A stretch of DNA of 50,030 nt from Patescibacteria group bacterium (GTDB lineage Bacteria > Patescibacteriota > JAUYIX01 > JBHPHK01), in the NCBI GenBank assembly GCA_042569365.1, contig JBHPHK010000006.1:1-50030 (forward strand). Direction: 5' to 3'. The position numbers were made by a program, and so were the translations under genes. Shown one piece after another: positions 18,134 to 27,980 of the stretch. The notes under the pieces were generated by a model that was not told the origin of the DNA, did no database searches, and saw only the letters and a program-made list of their open reading frames with translations. Each line of letters starts with the position of its first letter. The stretch's first letter is position 1.

Positions 18134-18318
18134 TTCCTGCGAGAGATTAGTTGTCTAAACTAATTTCTAGCGGGGGTGCGGCAGTAATGTATATACGTTG
18201 TATCAAACGTATTGTAGATTACCCTCATTTTTTATTCGCATAATTTCACAAGTGAGCAAGTAAACTGAAAGTTTACGTCAGCGAACGAAGAAATTATGTG
18301 TCCCCGTGGAGACGGGGA
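18134..18318 (+). promoter_or_regulatory. Multi-hairpin structured rpsJ-rplC intergenic RNA
   Basis: Four consecutive stem-loops, detailed in the findings. Confidence 0.55.
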
Positions 18319-18345
18319 TCTATTCCTTATTTATTCAAAACTTTT

Positions 18346-18981
18346 GTGAAATTCATTCTCGGAAGAAAAGTCGGAATGACGCAAGTGCTTCAAGATGATG
18401 GCCAAGCGGTGCCGGTCACAGTGATCGCAGCTGGTCCATGTGAAGTTACCCAATTGCGTGACATCGAAAAAGACGGTTATTCAGCCGTTCAGTTAGGGTA
18501 TGAAAAAATTTCTAAGAAAACCGTTAAAAAAGCAAAGAAAACGGATAAGTCAGATAAAAGAGAGAAAAAAACTGCTCAGCCTCAGTTTAAAATCAAACAA
18601 GAGTTTAGGATCGATGAGCCAGAAGTAAAAGTAGGGGATGCGGTCAGCGTCGAGATTTTCGAAGCTGGTGATCGCGTAAAAATCTCAGGCACTTCTAAAG
18701 GTCGTGGTTTCCAAGGTCCAGTCAAGCGCCACAATTTCGCTGGCGGTCCAGCATCTCATGGTCACCGTCATGTTTTGCGCCAACAAGGCTCTATTGGTCA
18801 GCGTTTTCCGCAGCATACTCTGCGTGGCAAGAAAATGGCAGGACAGATGGGCAACAAAAAATCCACAGTCCGTAAAGTTGAAGTTGTCAGTATCGACAAA
18901 GACAACAACGCATTATTCATCAAGGGCGCAGTTCCTGGTGCACGCGGTGGAATCCTCCGCATTGAGTCCATGAAGTATTAA
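18346..18981 (+). CDS. rplC: 50S ribosomal protein L3 (start revised to GTG 18346)
   Basis: KFILGRKVGMTQ, DGYSAVQLG, SKGRGFQG, KMAGQMG, KGAVPG. Confidence 0.96.
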   Translation: MKFILGRKVGMTQVLQDDGQAVPVTVIAAGPCEVTQLRDIEKDGYSAVQLGYEKISKKTVKKAKKTDKSDKREKKTAQPQFKIKQEFRIDEPEVKVGDAVSVEIFEAGDRVKISGTSKGRGFQGPVKRHNFAGGPASHGHRHVLRQQGSIGQRFPQHTLRGKKMAGQMGNKKSTVRKVEVVSIDKDNNALFIKGAVPGARGGILRIESMKY

Positions 18982-18988
18982 TATTCAT

Positions 18989-19717
18989 ATGAAAGCTAAA
19001 GTTTTTGACATAACAGGAAAGAAAGTCGGAGAAGCAGACCTTGCCAAAGAAATCTTTGAGGTAAAGGTGCATCCGCATGTCTTGCGCACGACGATTGAGT
19101 ATCTACGCGCCAGTGAGCGTCAGCCTCTCGCACATACCAAGACTCGCGGCGAGCGCCGCGGTGGCGGTCGCAAGCCTTGGAAACAGAAAGGCACAGGTAA
19201 CGCGCGTCATAGTTCACGTCGTTCACCAATCTGGCGCAAAGGTGGCGTCACGTTTGGTCCGCGCAAGGATCGCAATTTCACAATCGATGTTAATGCCAAA
19301 GAGCGCCGCCAGGCTTTCTTAGGGGCACTTTCCAAACGCGCCGAGCAAGATGCAATCTTGATCATCAAAGAGTTGCCAACCAAGGAAATTAAGACCAAGC
19401 CTTACGCAGATCTGTTCAAAAAACTTCCGATTGAGCGCCGCGCGCTGTTTGTTATGCCGGCCAAGGAAAAGAACGGCATACTCTCCGTCAATAATGTTCC
19501 CAATATTTTTTCAGCGAGAGCACATAACTTGAACGCCTTGGACATTCTCTCGCACCAGCAAGTAGTATTCACAGAGGAAGCCCTCAAAGAACTTCAAACA
19601 TTATTTGGTAAAAAGTCTCGGTCGAAGACTCCTGTTAAGACGAAAGCAAAAACAGTTTCAGCGCCTAAGAAGTCAACACCGGCACCCAAAAAAGCAACAC
19701 CTAAAGCGAAAGCATAA
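18989..19717 (+). CDS. rplD: 50S ribosomal protein L4 with Lys/Pro/Ala tail
   Basis: RKPWKQKGTGNAR, SPIWRKGGVTFGP. Confidence 0.97.
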   Translation: MKAKVFDITGKKVGEADLAKEIFEVKVHPHVLRTTIEYLRASERQPLAHTKTRGERRGGGRKPWKQKGTGNARHSSRRSPIWRKGGVTFGPRKDRNFTIDVNAKERRQAFLGALSKRAEQDAILIIKELPTKEIKTKPYADLFKKLPIERRALFVMPAKEKNGILSVNNVPNIFSARAHNLNALDILSHQQVVFTEEALKELQTLFGKKSRSKTPVKTKAKTVSAPKKSTPAPKKATPKAKA

Positions 19718-19722
19718 ATCAG

Positions 19723-20241
19723 ATGGCATTCTTCTCATTCGGTAAAAAAGATAAGGAACAAAAAGCAGCTCCAAAGACTGACTCAAAGCCAGAGGCACTT
19801 AAGAAAGAAGATGCTCCCAAAAAAGCAGAGCAGCCAAAAAAAGTCAAAGAAGTGGCTAAGCCAGCAAAAGCTGTTGCCAAGAAAACTGTTGCCAAGAAAG
19901 CTGTTTCCAAAAAGCCAGCACCTAAAGCCAAGAAAACATTGCCAGCAAAGGTTGCGGGTCGTGCTACAAAAATCTTGATCAATCCGATCGTTTCCGAAAA
20001 AAGCACGCTTCTGCAAGGAGCAAACCAATATATGTTTCGAGTCGCTCCGCAGGCTGACAAAATTTCAATTCGCCAAGCTGTCCAAGATGCTTACGGAGTA
20101 TCCGTCGGACAGGTACGCATCCAGAGAGTAAAAGCCAAGAAAAGACGCTTTCGCTATAAGGAAGGTCGCATGCGTTCATGGAAGAAAGCTATTGTTACTC
20201 TTGAGAAGGGCGACAAGATCGATATCTTCTCCGGAGTATAG
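19723..20241 (+). CDS. rplW: 50S ribosomal protein L23 with ~80-aa Lys/Ala/Pro N-terminal extension
   Basis: PIVSEKS, YMFRV, WKKAIVTL; operon position. Confidence 0.93.
   Translation: MAFFSFGKKDKEQKAAPKTDSKPEALKKEDAPKKAEQPKKVKEVAKPAKAVAKKTVAKKAVSKKPAPKAKKTLPAKVAGRATKILINPIVSEKSTLLQGANQYMFRVAPQADKISIRQAVQDAYGVSVGQVRIQRVKAKKRRFRYKEGRMRSWKKAIVTLEKGDKIDIFSGV
19867..19911 (+). repeat. Three 15-nt tandem repeats (KAVAK KTVAK KAVSK)
   Basis: AAAGCTGTTGCCAAG AAAACTGTTGCCAAG AAAGCTGTTTCCAAA. Confidence 0.85.
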
Positions 20242-20267
20242 GAGAGCAAAAAGCCTAATTTACACAT

Positions 20268-21107
20268 ATGGCCATTAAACTATATAAACCAACAACACCA
20301 GCGCGACGCCACACATCAGTGGTCGATTATTCAGAGCTGACCAAAAAGCGCCCAGAAAAAGGTCTTAGTAAAAAACTCAAGACGAATTCCGGCCGCAACG
20401 CGCAAGGTAAAATCACGATCAGACATCGTCAGGGTGGCGCTAAAAAACTATATCGCGCTATCGATTTTAAGCGTGACAAATGGGAAGTTCCTGGTCTCGT
20501 AAAAAGCTTGGAGTATGACCCAAACCGCTCCGCGTTTATCGCTTTAGTTACTTATCCTGATGGAGAGAAGCGCTATATTATTGCTCCAGAAAAACTAAAA
20601 GTCGGACAAACTGTAGTTGCCAGTCGTAAGGCCGAAACTGAGATTAAGCTCGGCAATCATTTAACAATGAAGCATATTCCAGTCGGAACATTTGTACATA
20701 ATATCGAATTGACTGAAGGTCAGGGCGGGCAGATTGTCCGCAGTGCCGGATCTGGTGCCATGATCACCGCCAAAGAAGGCGAGTACGCACTCTTGCGTTT
20801 ACCTTCCGGCGAGATTCGTCGCGTATCAAAAAGCAACGGCGCTACTATCGGCACCGTTAGCAACTCCGATCACAACAAAGTCAGACTTGGTTTGGCGGGT
20901 CGCAAACGCCGCATGGGCTGGAGACCACAAGTACTTGGTAAGAGCATGAACCCTTGTGATCACCCTCACGGTGGTGGTGAAGGTCACTCTCCGATCGGCT
21001 TGAAGCATCCGAAAACTCCTTGGGGTAAGCCAGCGCTTGGTCCGCGTACGCGCCGCAAGAACAAATATTCCGATCGTCACATTATTAAATCTCGTCGTAA
21101 GAAATAA
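20268..21107 (+). CDS. rplB: 50S ribosomal protein L2
   Basis: [30 protein letters not shown]. Confidence 0.99.
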   Translation: MAIKLYKPTTPARRHTSVVDYSELTKKRPEKGLSKKLKTNSGRNAQGKITIRHRQGGAKKLYRAIDFKRDKWEVPGLVKSLEYDPNRSAFIALVTYPDGEKRYIIAPEKLKVGQTVVASRKAETEIKLGNHLTMKHIPVGTFVHNIELTEGQGGQIVRSAGSGAMITAKEGEYALLRLPSGEIRRVSKSNGATIGTVSNSDHNKVRLGLAGRKRRMGWRPQVLGKSMNPCDHPHGGGEGHSPIGLKHPKTPWGKPALGPRTRRKNKYSDRHIIKSRRKK

Positions 21108-21110
21108 CAT

Positions 21111-21422
21111 ATGACACGCTCACTTAAGAAAGGTCCCTTCGTGGATGAAAAATTACTGAAGAAAATCACAAACCTGAAAGCAGGGGATAAGACGATGATC
21201 AAAACATGGTCACGCAGTTCTACAATTTTTCCAGAAATGGTTGGGTTCACTATCGGCGTCCATAATGGTCGCGAACACACCCCAGTCTATGTCACAGAAA
21301 ATATGGTCGGACACAAACTAGGCGAATTTGCGCCTACTCGTAAATTTACGAGTCACGGAGGTCGTATGGCTCGTGAGGAAGCAGCTGCCGAAAAGCAGCC
21401 CGACGCTCCTGCCGCTGAATAA
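21111..21422 (+). CDS. rpsS: 30S ribosomal protein S19
   Basis: [31 protein letters not shown]. Confidence 0.98.
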   Translation: MTRSLKKGPFVDEKLLKKITNLKAGDKTMIKTWSRSSTIFPEMVGFTIGVHNGREHTPVYVTENMVGHKLGEFAPTRKFTSHGGRMAREEAAAEKQPDAPAAE

Positions 21423-21430
21423 TTTATATT

Positions 21431-22084
21431 ATGGCAAACGCAACTATACAAACTAAAAAGACAAAGCCTGTCGTCAAAAAAACAAAAGACGTACAGCGTG
21501 TTTCCGCGAAGCTAAAAAACTTACGTATAGCTCCGCGCAAAGTTCGTTTGGTTGCAAATTTGATCAAAGGCAAGCAAGTCGATGAAGCTTTAGTGCAGCT
21601 CAAGTACCGCACTGAAAGATCAGCACGTCCAATGGAGAAGCTTCTCGCTTCCGCTGTAGCGAATGCCGAAAACAATGCCGAGCTCGAACGCGATAATCTA
21701 AAAATTGATTCAATCTTGGTGGATGAAGGCATGACGATCAAACGTTTTCAACCTCGTGCACAGGGTCGTGCCTATCGAATATTTAAACGCTCAAGCCATA
21801 TTACATTGCAGCTCGCTGAGATTGAAGCCGGCAAAAAGATTGCTAAGAAAAAAGCCAAGCCAGCTACGCAGCTCAAAAGCGCAAAGCCTGAAGCAGCAAA
21901 ACAAGCCAAAGACACAAAAACAGAAGCAAAAGATGTCAAAGAAGGTAAGGAAGTTAAGAAAGTTGAAGACACTCAGACAAAAACGTTGCCAGGCACAGCG
22001 CCTGTTGGTAAAAATCAAAAGAACCAAGGAGGAGGAAAGAAAGGTTTTAATAAAAACATCTTCCACCGGCGCGGTAATATGTAA
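21431..22084 (+). CDS. rplV: 50S ribosomal protein L22 with N- and C-terminal extensions
   Basis: RIAPRKVRLVA, SAVANAENN, PRAQGRA, KRSSHIT. Confidence 0.96.
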   Translation: MANATIQTKKTKPVVKKTKDVQRVSAKLKNLRIAPRKVRLVANLIKGKQVDEALVQLKYRTERSARPMEKLLASAVANAENNAELERDNLKIDSILVDEGMTIKRFQPRAQGRAYRIFKRSSHITLQLAEIEAGKKIAKKKAKPATQLKSAKPEAAKQAKDTKTEAKDVKEGKEVKKVEDTQTKTLPGTAPVGKNQKNQGGGKKGFNKNIFHRRGNM

Positions 22085-22104
22085 TTATTTATTTAAACTT
22101 ACTT

Positions 22105-22788
22105 ATGGGACAAAAAATTAATCCAACAAGTTTCCGCACAGGATTTTTATACAACTGGAAATCACAATGGTTTTCAGATCGCGATTTCCGTGACTTTCTC
22201 AAACAGGATGTAATGATCCGCAGATTTATCGAGGAAAAATTAACGGATGCCGGTATTGCTAATATTCAGATCGATCGTTCAGCCGGTCAGATTACGATTC
22301 GTCTTGAGACCTCTCGTCCCGGTGTTGTTATCGGCCGCGGAGGAAAAGGCATTGAACTATTACAAAAAGATATCCGTCGTAAAATACCGGGTAAGGTTAA
22401 CGTCAAGCTGGAGATCATCGAGATTCGCGAGCCAGAAAAACATTCAGCTTTAGTGGCGCAGTCTATGATTGATCAGATCGAAAAACGTATTCCTTTCCGC
22501 CGCGTTATCCGCCAAGCTATTGATCGCATCAAGCAGGCAGGTGTTAAGGGCGGTAAGGTTGAAGTTTCCGGCCGCTTAGATGGAGCAGAAATGTCACGCC
22601 GCGAATGGCTTGTCTGGGGCAGTGTTCCTTTGCAGACATTACGCGCTGACATTGATTTTACAGAGAAAACAGCTCACACAACCTACGGCACAATCGGCAT
22701 TAAAGTTTGGCTTTATAAAGGAGAGCGTTTTACGACAGATTTTGAAGAGCAATTTAGCAAGAAGAAAGATAGCCCTTTTAATAAATAG
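22105..22788 (+). CDS. rpsC: 30S ribosomal protein S3
   Basis: MGQKINP, RPGVVIGRGG, SGRLDGAEM, PLQTLRADID. Confidence 0.98.
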   Translation: MGQKINPTSFRTGFLYNWKSQWFSDRDFRDFLKQDVMIRRFIEEKLTDAGIANIQIDRSAGQITIRLETSRPGVVIGRGGKGIELLQKDIRRKIPGKVNVKLEIIEIREPEKHSALVAQSMIDQIEKRIPFRRVIRQAIDRIKQAGVKGGKVEVSGRLDGAEMSRREWLVWGSVPLQTLRADIDFTEKTAHTTYGTIGIKVWLYKGERFTTDFEEQFSKKKDSPFNK

Positions 22789-22794
22789 ATCCAT

Positions 22795-23205
22795 ATGTTA
22801 ATGCCCCGCAAAGTAAAACATAGAAAATGGCATGGCCTCGACAAAATGCTTCGAGGTAAGGCTCAGCGTGGAAATCAAGTTTCATTTGGTTCGTTTGGAT
22901 TGAAAAGCATGGACGCTGAAAATCTGACTGGTCGACAGATTGAGGCGGCTCGTCGTGCAATGACGCGCTATATCGCGCGTGGCGGTAAGGTCTGGATTAG
23001 AGTTTTTCCGGACAAACCAGTTACTCAAAAAGGTCAGGAAGTACCGATGGGTAAGGGCAAGGGCGCTGTTGATCATTATGTAGCCACAATTCGGCCAGGA
23101 CGTATCATCTTCGAAATCGATGGTGTTGATGAAGGCACAGCTCGTGAAGCGCTCCGTCGCGCATCCCAGAAACTACCAGTTCATACCCGCATTATTAAAC
23201 GTTAA
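22795..23205 (+). CDS. rplP: 50S ribosomal protein L16
   Basis: [35 protein letters not shown]. Confidence 0.98.
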   Translation: MLMPRKVKHRKWHGLDKMLRGKAQRGNQVSFGSFGLKSMDAENLTGRQIEAARRAMTRYIARGGKVWIRVFPDKPVTQKGQEVPMGKGKGAVDHYVATIRPGRIIFEIDGVDEGTAREALRRASQKLPVHTRIIKR

Positions 23206-23210
23206 CTCTC

Positions 23211-23432
23211 ATGACAAAGATTAACGAATTACGCAGTAAGAATAGAGCGGAGCTCCAAGGATTGCTCACAGAAAAGTTAGAAGCTCTCCGAAAAAGCCGT
23301 TTTGATATTATTTCCGGTCAGCTGACAAATGTTCGCGAGATCCGCAAATTGCGCAACGACATTGCCCGCATCAAGACACTTCTCAATGCGCCGCAGCAAG
23401 AGCAGGTAAAAACAGAAGCTAAAGAAGCTTAA
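23211..23432 (+). CDS. rpmC: 50S ribosomal protein L29
   Basis: ELR..., IRKLRNDIARIKT; operon position. Confidence 0.95.
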   Translation: MTKINELRSKNRAELQGLLTEKLEALRKSRFDIISGQLTNVREIRKLRNDIARIKTLLNAPQQEQVKTEAKEA

Positions 23433-23444
23433 TTTAACTATATT

Positions 23445-23690
23445 ATGACCGATAAACCAACCAAACTTAAACGAACCAAGAAAGGCGTAGTCGTAAGTAA
23501 ATCTGGCGACAAGTCTGTCGTGGTTGCTGTTCACACATTCAAAGCGCATCCAAAATATCAAAAGCGCTATCGTGTTACGAATAAATTTCATGTTCATGAT
23601 CCCAAAAACGAGGCTGAGGTCGGAGCCAAAGTTACCATTGTGGAAACTAGACCGCTATCTAAGTTAAAGCACTGGCGCCTAGCAAAATAG
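23445..23690 (+). CDS. rpsQ: 30S ribosomal protein S17
   Basis: GVVVS, DKSVVV, HPKYQK, ETRPLSKLKHW. Confidence 0.97.
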   Translation: MTDKPTKLKRTKKGVVVSKSGDKSVVVAVHTFKAHPKYQKRYRVTNKFHVHDPKNEAEVGAKVTIVETRPLSKLKHWRLAK

Positions 23691-23714
23691 GTTCACAAGA
23701 CTTAATTTCTTCAT

Positions 23715-24086
23715 ATGATCCAGACTGAATCAAGATTAAATGTCGCAGACAATACCGGAGCACGTCAAATCCAGTGCATTCGTGTCTTGGGAGGTACGCG
23801 TCGTCGTACAGCTGAGATTGGTGATGTTATTACAGCATCAGTCAAAGTTGCGATGCCAAATGGTGTGATCAAGAAGAAAGCTGTTGTCCGCGCGGTGATC
23901 GTGCGCCAACGCAAGGCAATCCGCCGTCCAGACGGTTCTCATATTCGTTTCGATGAAAACGCCGCTGTAATAATTGGCAAAGAAGATCTAGAGCCCATCG
24001 GCACCCGCGTTTTCGGGCCCGTAGCTCGCGAGTTGCGTGATCGTGGTTTCCGTAAAATCGTTTCCTTAGCACCAGAAGTTCTCTAA
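23715..24086 (+). CDS. rplN: 50S ribosomal protein L14
   Basis: [34 protein letters not shown]. Confidence 0.99.
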   Translation: MIQTESRLNVADNTGARQIQCIRVLGGTRRRTAEIGDVITASVKVAMPNGVIKKKAVVRAVIVRQRKAIRRPDGSHIRFDENAAVIIGKEDLEPIGTRVFGPVARELRDRGFRKIVSLAPEVL

Positions 24087-24092
24087 ATCCCT

Positions 24093-24404
24093 ATGGCTTT
24101 AAACATCAAAAACAACGATACAGTAAAGGTGATTGCCGGCAAAGACAATGGCAAACAGGGCAAGGTCCTGCAGGTTTTCCCAGAGGAAAATATGGTCGTC
24201 GTTGACGGTGCCAACAAAGTCTACCGACATATCCGCCCGCAAAAGGGGGGAGAGACGGGACAGCGCATTGAAGTCAACGGTCCTATCAATCTTTCTAACG
24301 TTCAATTAGTTTGCTCGCAGTGCAATAAGCCAACGCGCGTTGGCTTCCAAGAAAAAGAAGGCAAAAAAGAGCGCGTCTGCAAAAAATGTAAAGCCGTAAT
24401 TTAA
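24093..24404 (+). CDS. rplX: 50S ribosomal protein L24
   Basis: KOW motif DTVKVIAGKDNGKQG; SNVQL, CSQC..PTRVG..CKKC. Confidence 0.97.
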   Translation: MALNIKNNDTVKVIAGKDNGKQGKVLQVFPEENMVVVDGANKVYRHIRPQKGGETGQRIEVNGPINLSNVQLVCSQCNKPTRVGFQEKEGKKERVCKKCKAVI

Positions 24405-24408
24405 ATAT

Positions 24409-25104
24409 ATGACCACAAGTTTAAAAGAACAATTTGATACAAAGATCCTGCCAGCATTGCTGGAAGGCGACAAATTCAACAATCGTTGGGCGGTTCCGCG
24501 CATCGAAAAAATCGTTGTCAATGTCGGCTCTGGTCAAATGTCTACCGAAAAGAAGCTGCAAGAAGTCATTAAGGATACGCTGCGTCGCATTACTGGTCAA
24601 GAACCATCTTTGAGACGAGCACGTTTGTCTATTGCATCCTTTAAGTTGCGCGAAGGCGCGCCGATCGGCATGCAGGTCACGCTCCGCGGCAAGCGCATGT
24701 ATGATTTCTTAGACAAGCTTATCAATGTTACGATGCCGCGCGTACGTGATTTCCGCGGTATCTCACCGAATAGTTTTGATGGCAAGGGCAACTTGACCAT
24801 CGGTTTCAAAGAGCACATGGCTTTCCCTGAAATTCGTGCAGATGAAGTCGAACATATGCACGGCCTGCAAGTTGTTATCGTGACGACCGCGGATAATAAT
24901 GAAGACGGCTACGCACTCCTCGACGCTATCGGCGTTCCCTTCCAGAAAGGTGAACAGTTGGCAGCGGCTGAAGAGGAAAAACGTGTGCGTGAAATTGAGA
25001 AGCGCCGCGCTAAGGAGCAAGAAAAAGAAGCGCGCAAAATGGCTGAAGCCAAAGCTGAAGCAACGGCTGCTGAAGCTGCCGCAGCTGAGGCTGAAGCTGA
25101 ATAA
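24409..25104 (+). CDS. rplE: 50S ribosomal protein L5 with Glu/Ala helical tail
   Basis: ITGQEP, FKLREG, VTLRG, PRVRDFRG, FDGKGN. Confidence 0.98.
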   Translation: MTTSLKEQFDTKILPALLEGDKFNNRWAVPRIEKIVVNVGSGQMSTEKKLQEVIKDTLRRITGQEPSLRRARLSIASFKLREGAPIGMQVTLRGKRMYDFLDKLINVTMPRVRDFRGISPNSFDGKGNLTIGFKEHMAFPEIRADEVEHMHGLQVVIVTTADNNEDGYALLDAIGVPFQKGEQLAAAEEEKRVREIEKRRAKEQEKEARKMAEAKAEATAAEAAAAEAEAE

Positions 25105-25125
25105 TCAATATTAATTTAAGTATTT

Positions 25126-25308
25126 ATGGCTCGTAAAGCCCTCGTAGTAAAAGCAGAAAAAAAGCCCAAGTATACAACTCGTACTGTACGCAGATGTTGG
25201 AATTGTGGTCGCGCTCACGGATATATGCGCCGTTTCGGAGTTTGTCGCATCTGCTTTAGAGAATTCGCTCTCAAGGGAGAGATCCCAGGAATTAAACGTT
25301 CATCATAA
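25126..25308 (+). CDS. rpsN: 30S ribosomal protein S14 (Zn-binding type Z)
   Basis: RCWNCGR...CRICFRE. Confidence 0.96.
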   Translation: MARKALVVKAEKKPKYTTRTVRRCWNCGRAHGYMRRFGVCRICFREFALKGEIPGIKRSS

Positions 25309-25312
25309 ACCT

Positions 25313-25705
25313 ATGTCATCCGACCCGATCGCAGACCTCATCACAAAAATACGCAACGGCCTTATGGTGCAAAAAAACACCATCACCGTTCCATATTCAC
25401 AAATCAAGGAAAACTTGGCCAACGTTCTGGTTGCTGAAGGATATTTACATAAAGTGAAGAAGACTGAAGAGGAAGGCCATCCTGCACTAGAAATTGTCTT
25501 GAAATACGTTGACAAAGAGCCAGCCATCCGCGAGATCAAACGTGTTAGCAAGCCAGGTCACCGCATTTATCGCAGTAGTAAAGAACTAAGTAAGGTCTAT
25601 CAGGGCCTTGGAGTGGGTATTGTTACAACTCCGCAAGGAATTTTCACAAGCCGCGAAGCCCGCAGTAAAGGCTTGGGCGGTGAACTAATTTGTCAAGTTT
25701 GGTAA
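25313..25705 (+). CDS. rpsH: 30S ribosomal protein S8 (start revised to ATG 25313)
   Basis: SDPIADLITKIRNG, RVSKPGHRIY, GGELICQVW. Confidence 0.97.
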   Translation: MSSDPIADLITKIRNGLMVQKNTITVPYSQIKENLANVLVAEGYLHKVKKTEEEGHPALEIVLKYVDKEPAIREIKRVSKPGHRIYRSSKELSKVYQGLGVGIVTTPQGIFTSREARSKGLGGELICQVW

Positions 25706-25715
25706 TCATAAATAT

Positions 25716-26264
25716 ATGAGTCGCGTAGGAAAACAGCCAGTTGAAATCCCAAATGGAGTCGAAATAAAAGTCGAAGGTCTTAAGGTAATGGTCAAAGGAG
25801 CCAAGGGTCAGTTGGAAGAAACTTTTAAGGGTCCAATCAAGATTGAGGTTGCCGAAGGCAACGTAGTGATTACTCCGAAAAATATAGACAAGCCAGACCC
25901 AATGTGGGGAACTGCGCGTGCTAAGATCCAAAACATGGTCATGGGAGTGACAGAAGGTTTTAAAAAAGAACTGGAAATCAACGGCGTTGGTTATCGCGGA
26001 CAGGTCAGTGGCAAGAAACTAACTCTTGAGCTTGGTTTTTCACATCCAATCGAAGCGGAGATTCCGGAAGGGCTAGAGGCAGCAATCGAGAAAAATATTT
26101 TAACAATCAGTGGCATTGATAAAGAGAAGGTCGGACTCTTTGCTGATAAAGTTCGCCGTTATCGAAAACCTGAGCCCTACAAAGGTACTGGTGTTAAGTA
26201 TGTTGATGAGCATGTCCGCCGTAAGGAGGGCAAGAAAGCTGCTGCAGCTGGTGCAGGTGAATAA
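25716..26264 (+). CDS. rplF: 50S ribosomal protein L6
   Basis: MSRVGKQP, GVGYR, LGFSHP, PEPYKGTG. Confidence 0.98.
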   Translation: MSRVGKQPVEIPNGVEIKVEGLKVMVKGAKGQLEETFKGPIKIEVAEGNVVITPKNIDKPDPMWGTARAKIQNMVMGVTEGFKKELEINGVGYRGQVSGKKLTLELGFSHPIEAEIPEGLEAAIEKNILTISGIDKEKVGLFADKVRRYRKPEPYKGTGVKYVDEHVRRKEGKKAAAAGAGE

Positions 26265-26275
26265 TCTTTAAATCT

Positions 26276-26638
26276 ATGGCAACCCGCAAAAGTATTATCA
26301 AAAAGTATGAATCTCGTAGTCGACGACACAATCGTGTTCGTTCCCGTGTTCAAGGCACCGCCGATGCTCCGCGCTTGGTAGTCTTCCGTGGAAGTCAGCG
26401 TTTTGATGCGCAACTCATTGACGATGTAGCACAAAAAACACTTCTTGCAATCTCAGATCGCAAAGCCGATCACAAAGGCACCAAGATTGAGAAGGCGCAG
26501 GCTCTTGGTGAAGAATTTGGCAAGCAAATCGACAAGGCGGGAATCAAAACAATTATTTTTGATCGCGGAGGATTTCTTTATCAAGGGCGCGTCGCCGCTT
26601 TTGCTGAAGGCGTCCGCAAGGCCGGCATTAAATTTTAA
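26276..26638 (+). CDS. rplR: 50S ribosomal protein L18
   Basis: PRLVVFR, AQLIDD, FDRGGFLYQGRV. Confidence 0.97.
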   Translation: MATRKSIIKKYESRSRRHNRVRSRVQGTADAPRLVVFRGSQRFDAQLIDDVAQKTLLAISDRKADHKGTKIEKAQALGEEFGKQIDKAGIKTIIFDRGGFLYQGRVAAFAEGVRKAGIKF

Positions 26639-26648
26639 ATAACCATTT

Positions 26649-27401
26649 ATGAATCAAAAGCAAGGTACAAATAAGCGTTTCGGCGGAAAAGGTAGGGGCC
26701 GAGACAAACGGGAAAAAAGCGAATTCGACCAGATAATTGTCGATATCGCGCGCGTTGCGCGCGTAGTTAAAGGTGGTCGTCGTTTTCGTTTTCGTGCAAC
26801 TGTCGTAATTGGCGACAGGCGCGGACGCGTCGGTATCGGTACCGGCAAAGGCCAGGATGTTTCTGCAGCGATTGAAAAAGGCAATGCGGTTGCAAAACAA
26901 AACATGATCGAAGTGCCAATCGTCGAGGACACGATTCCACATGAGCTTTATATAAAGTACGGAGCAGCTAAGATTTTATTGAAACCTGCCCCGCTGGGTA
27001 CTGGTATTATCGCGGGTGGATCTGTGCGTGCCGTTATTGAGCTGGCCGGTATTAAAAACATTTTGTCCAAGATTCAGGGATCTGGTAATCATTTAAACAA
27101 TGTGCGCGCCGCTTTCGAGGCTCTGAAAAAATTAGAGTCTGTCGAGGCTGTACTTAAACGCCGTGGCAAGACTCGCAAAGAAATAGGTCTCAAAGCTCCA
27201 AAAGCTAAACATGTTCGCAAAGCAACTGAGAGTTCTGATGCACCTGCTCCTAAAAAAGAAAAGTCTGATGACAAGTCAGCTAAGTCTAAGCTAAAGACAG
27301 AGCCGGCAGCAGTAAAGCCAGTCAAAGAAGCTGACAAGAAAGTAGAAAAACCAGCAGGAAAAAAGGAAGAGAAAGCAGCAGAAAAGAAAGACGCTAAATA
27401 A
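26649..27401 (+). CDS. rpsE: 30S ribosomal protein S5 with Lys/Ala/Glu tail
   Basis: RVARVVKGGRRF, PAPLGTGIIAGG, ELAGIKNI. Confidence 0.97.
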   Translation: MNQKQGTNKRFGGKGRGRDKREKSEFDQIIVDIARVARVVKGGRRFRFRATVVIGDRRGRVGIGTGKGQDVSAAIEKGNAVAKQNMIEVPIVEDTIPHELYIKYGAAKILLKPAPLGTGIIAGGSVRAVIELAGIKNILSKIQGSGNHLNNVRAAFEALKKLESVEAVLKRRGKTRKEIGLKAPKAKHVRKATESSDAPAPKKEKSDDKSAKSKLKTEPAAVKPVKEADKKVEKPAGKKEEKAAEKKDAK

Positions 27402-27411
27402 TTTGATCGCT

Positions 27412-27909
27412 ATGGAATTACACGAACTCACAAAACATAAAACAACGAAAAAGCACCGAGCCGGTCGCGGCATTGGATCTGGTCTTGGTAAGACTGCTGG
27501 TCGTGGTACTAAGGGTCAAAAAGCTCGCTCAGGACATCGTAAGATGAGACCAGGCTTTGAGGGCGGTAAGACTCCTTTGATTCGACTTATGCCAAAGAAG
27601 CGTGGTTTTACTTCTCGACGTTATGTATTTTCAGAAATTACCCTGGCAGATTTGGAGAAACATTTTAAAAAAGGCGACAAGGTGGATCGCAAGACTCTGC
27701 GCAGTGCAGGCTTGGTTAAAGATCCCAAAAAGCCTATTAAAATTTTAGCCCAGGGCGAACTAAAAAAGGAACTTTCTTTGATCGTTCATGGCGCTTCAGC
27801 CAAGGCACAGGAAGCAATTAAAAAAGCGGGTGGCGACATTCGAGTGATCCCAGTACGCCCAAGTCGCGGCAAGAAAAATGAAAGAAAAGATAAGCCAGCC
27901 GACCAGTAA
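27412..27909 (+). CDS. rplO: 50S ribosomal protein L15 (start revised to ATG 27412)
   Basis: GRGIGSGLGKTAGRGTKGQKARSG, FEGGKTPL. Confidence 0.97.
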   Translation: MELHELTKHKTTKKHRAGRGIGSGLGKTAGRGTKGQKARSGHRKMRPGFEGGKTPLIRLMPKKRGFTSRRYVFSEITLADLEKHFKKGDKVDRKTLRSAGLVKDPKKPIKILAQGELKKELSLIVHGASAKAQEAIKKAGGDIRVIPVRPSRGKKNERKDKPADQ

Positions 27910-27980
27910 TAAGTCAGAAAGTGCGTTTTTACGACAGACTTGTTAAACTAAACAATAGTTAAAAAAGACTTCCCGTCCAC

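Noticed and set aside
25290-25308. S14 ends in KRSS without the usual terminal Trp
   Set aside because: Single-residue difference; cannot be told apart from ordinary lineage variation.
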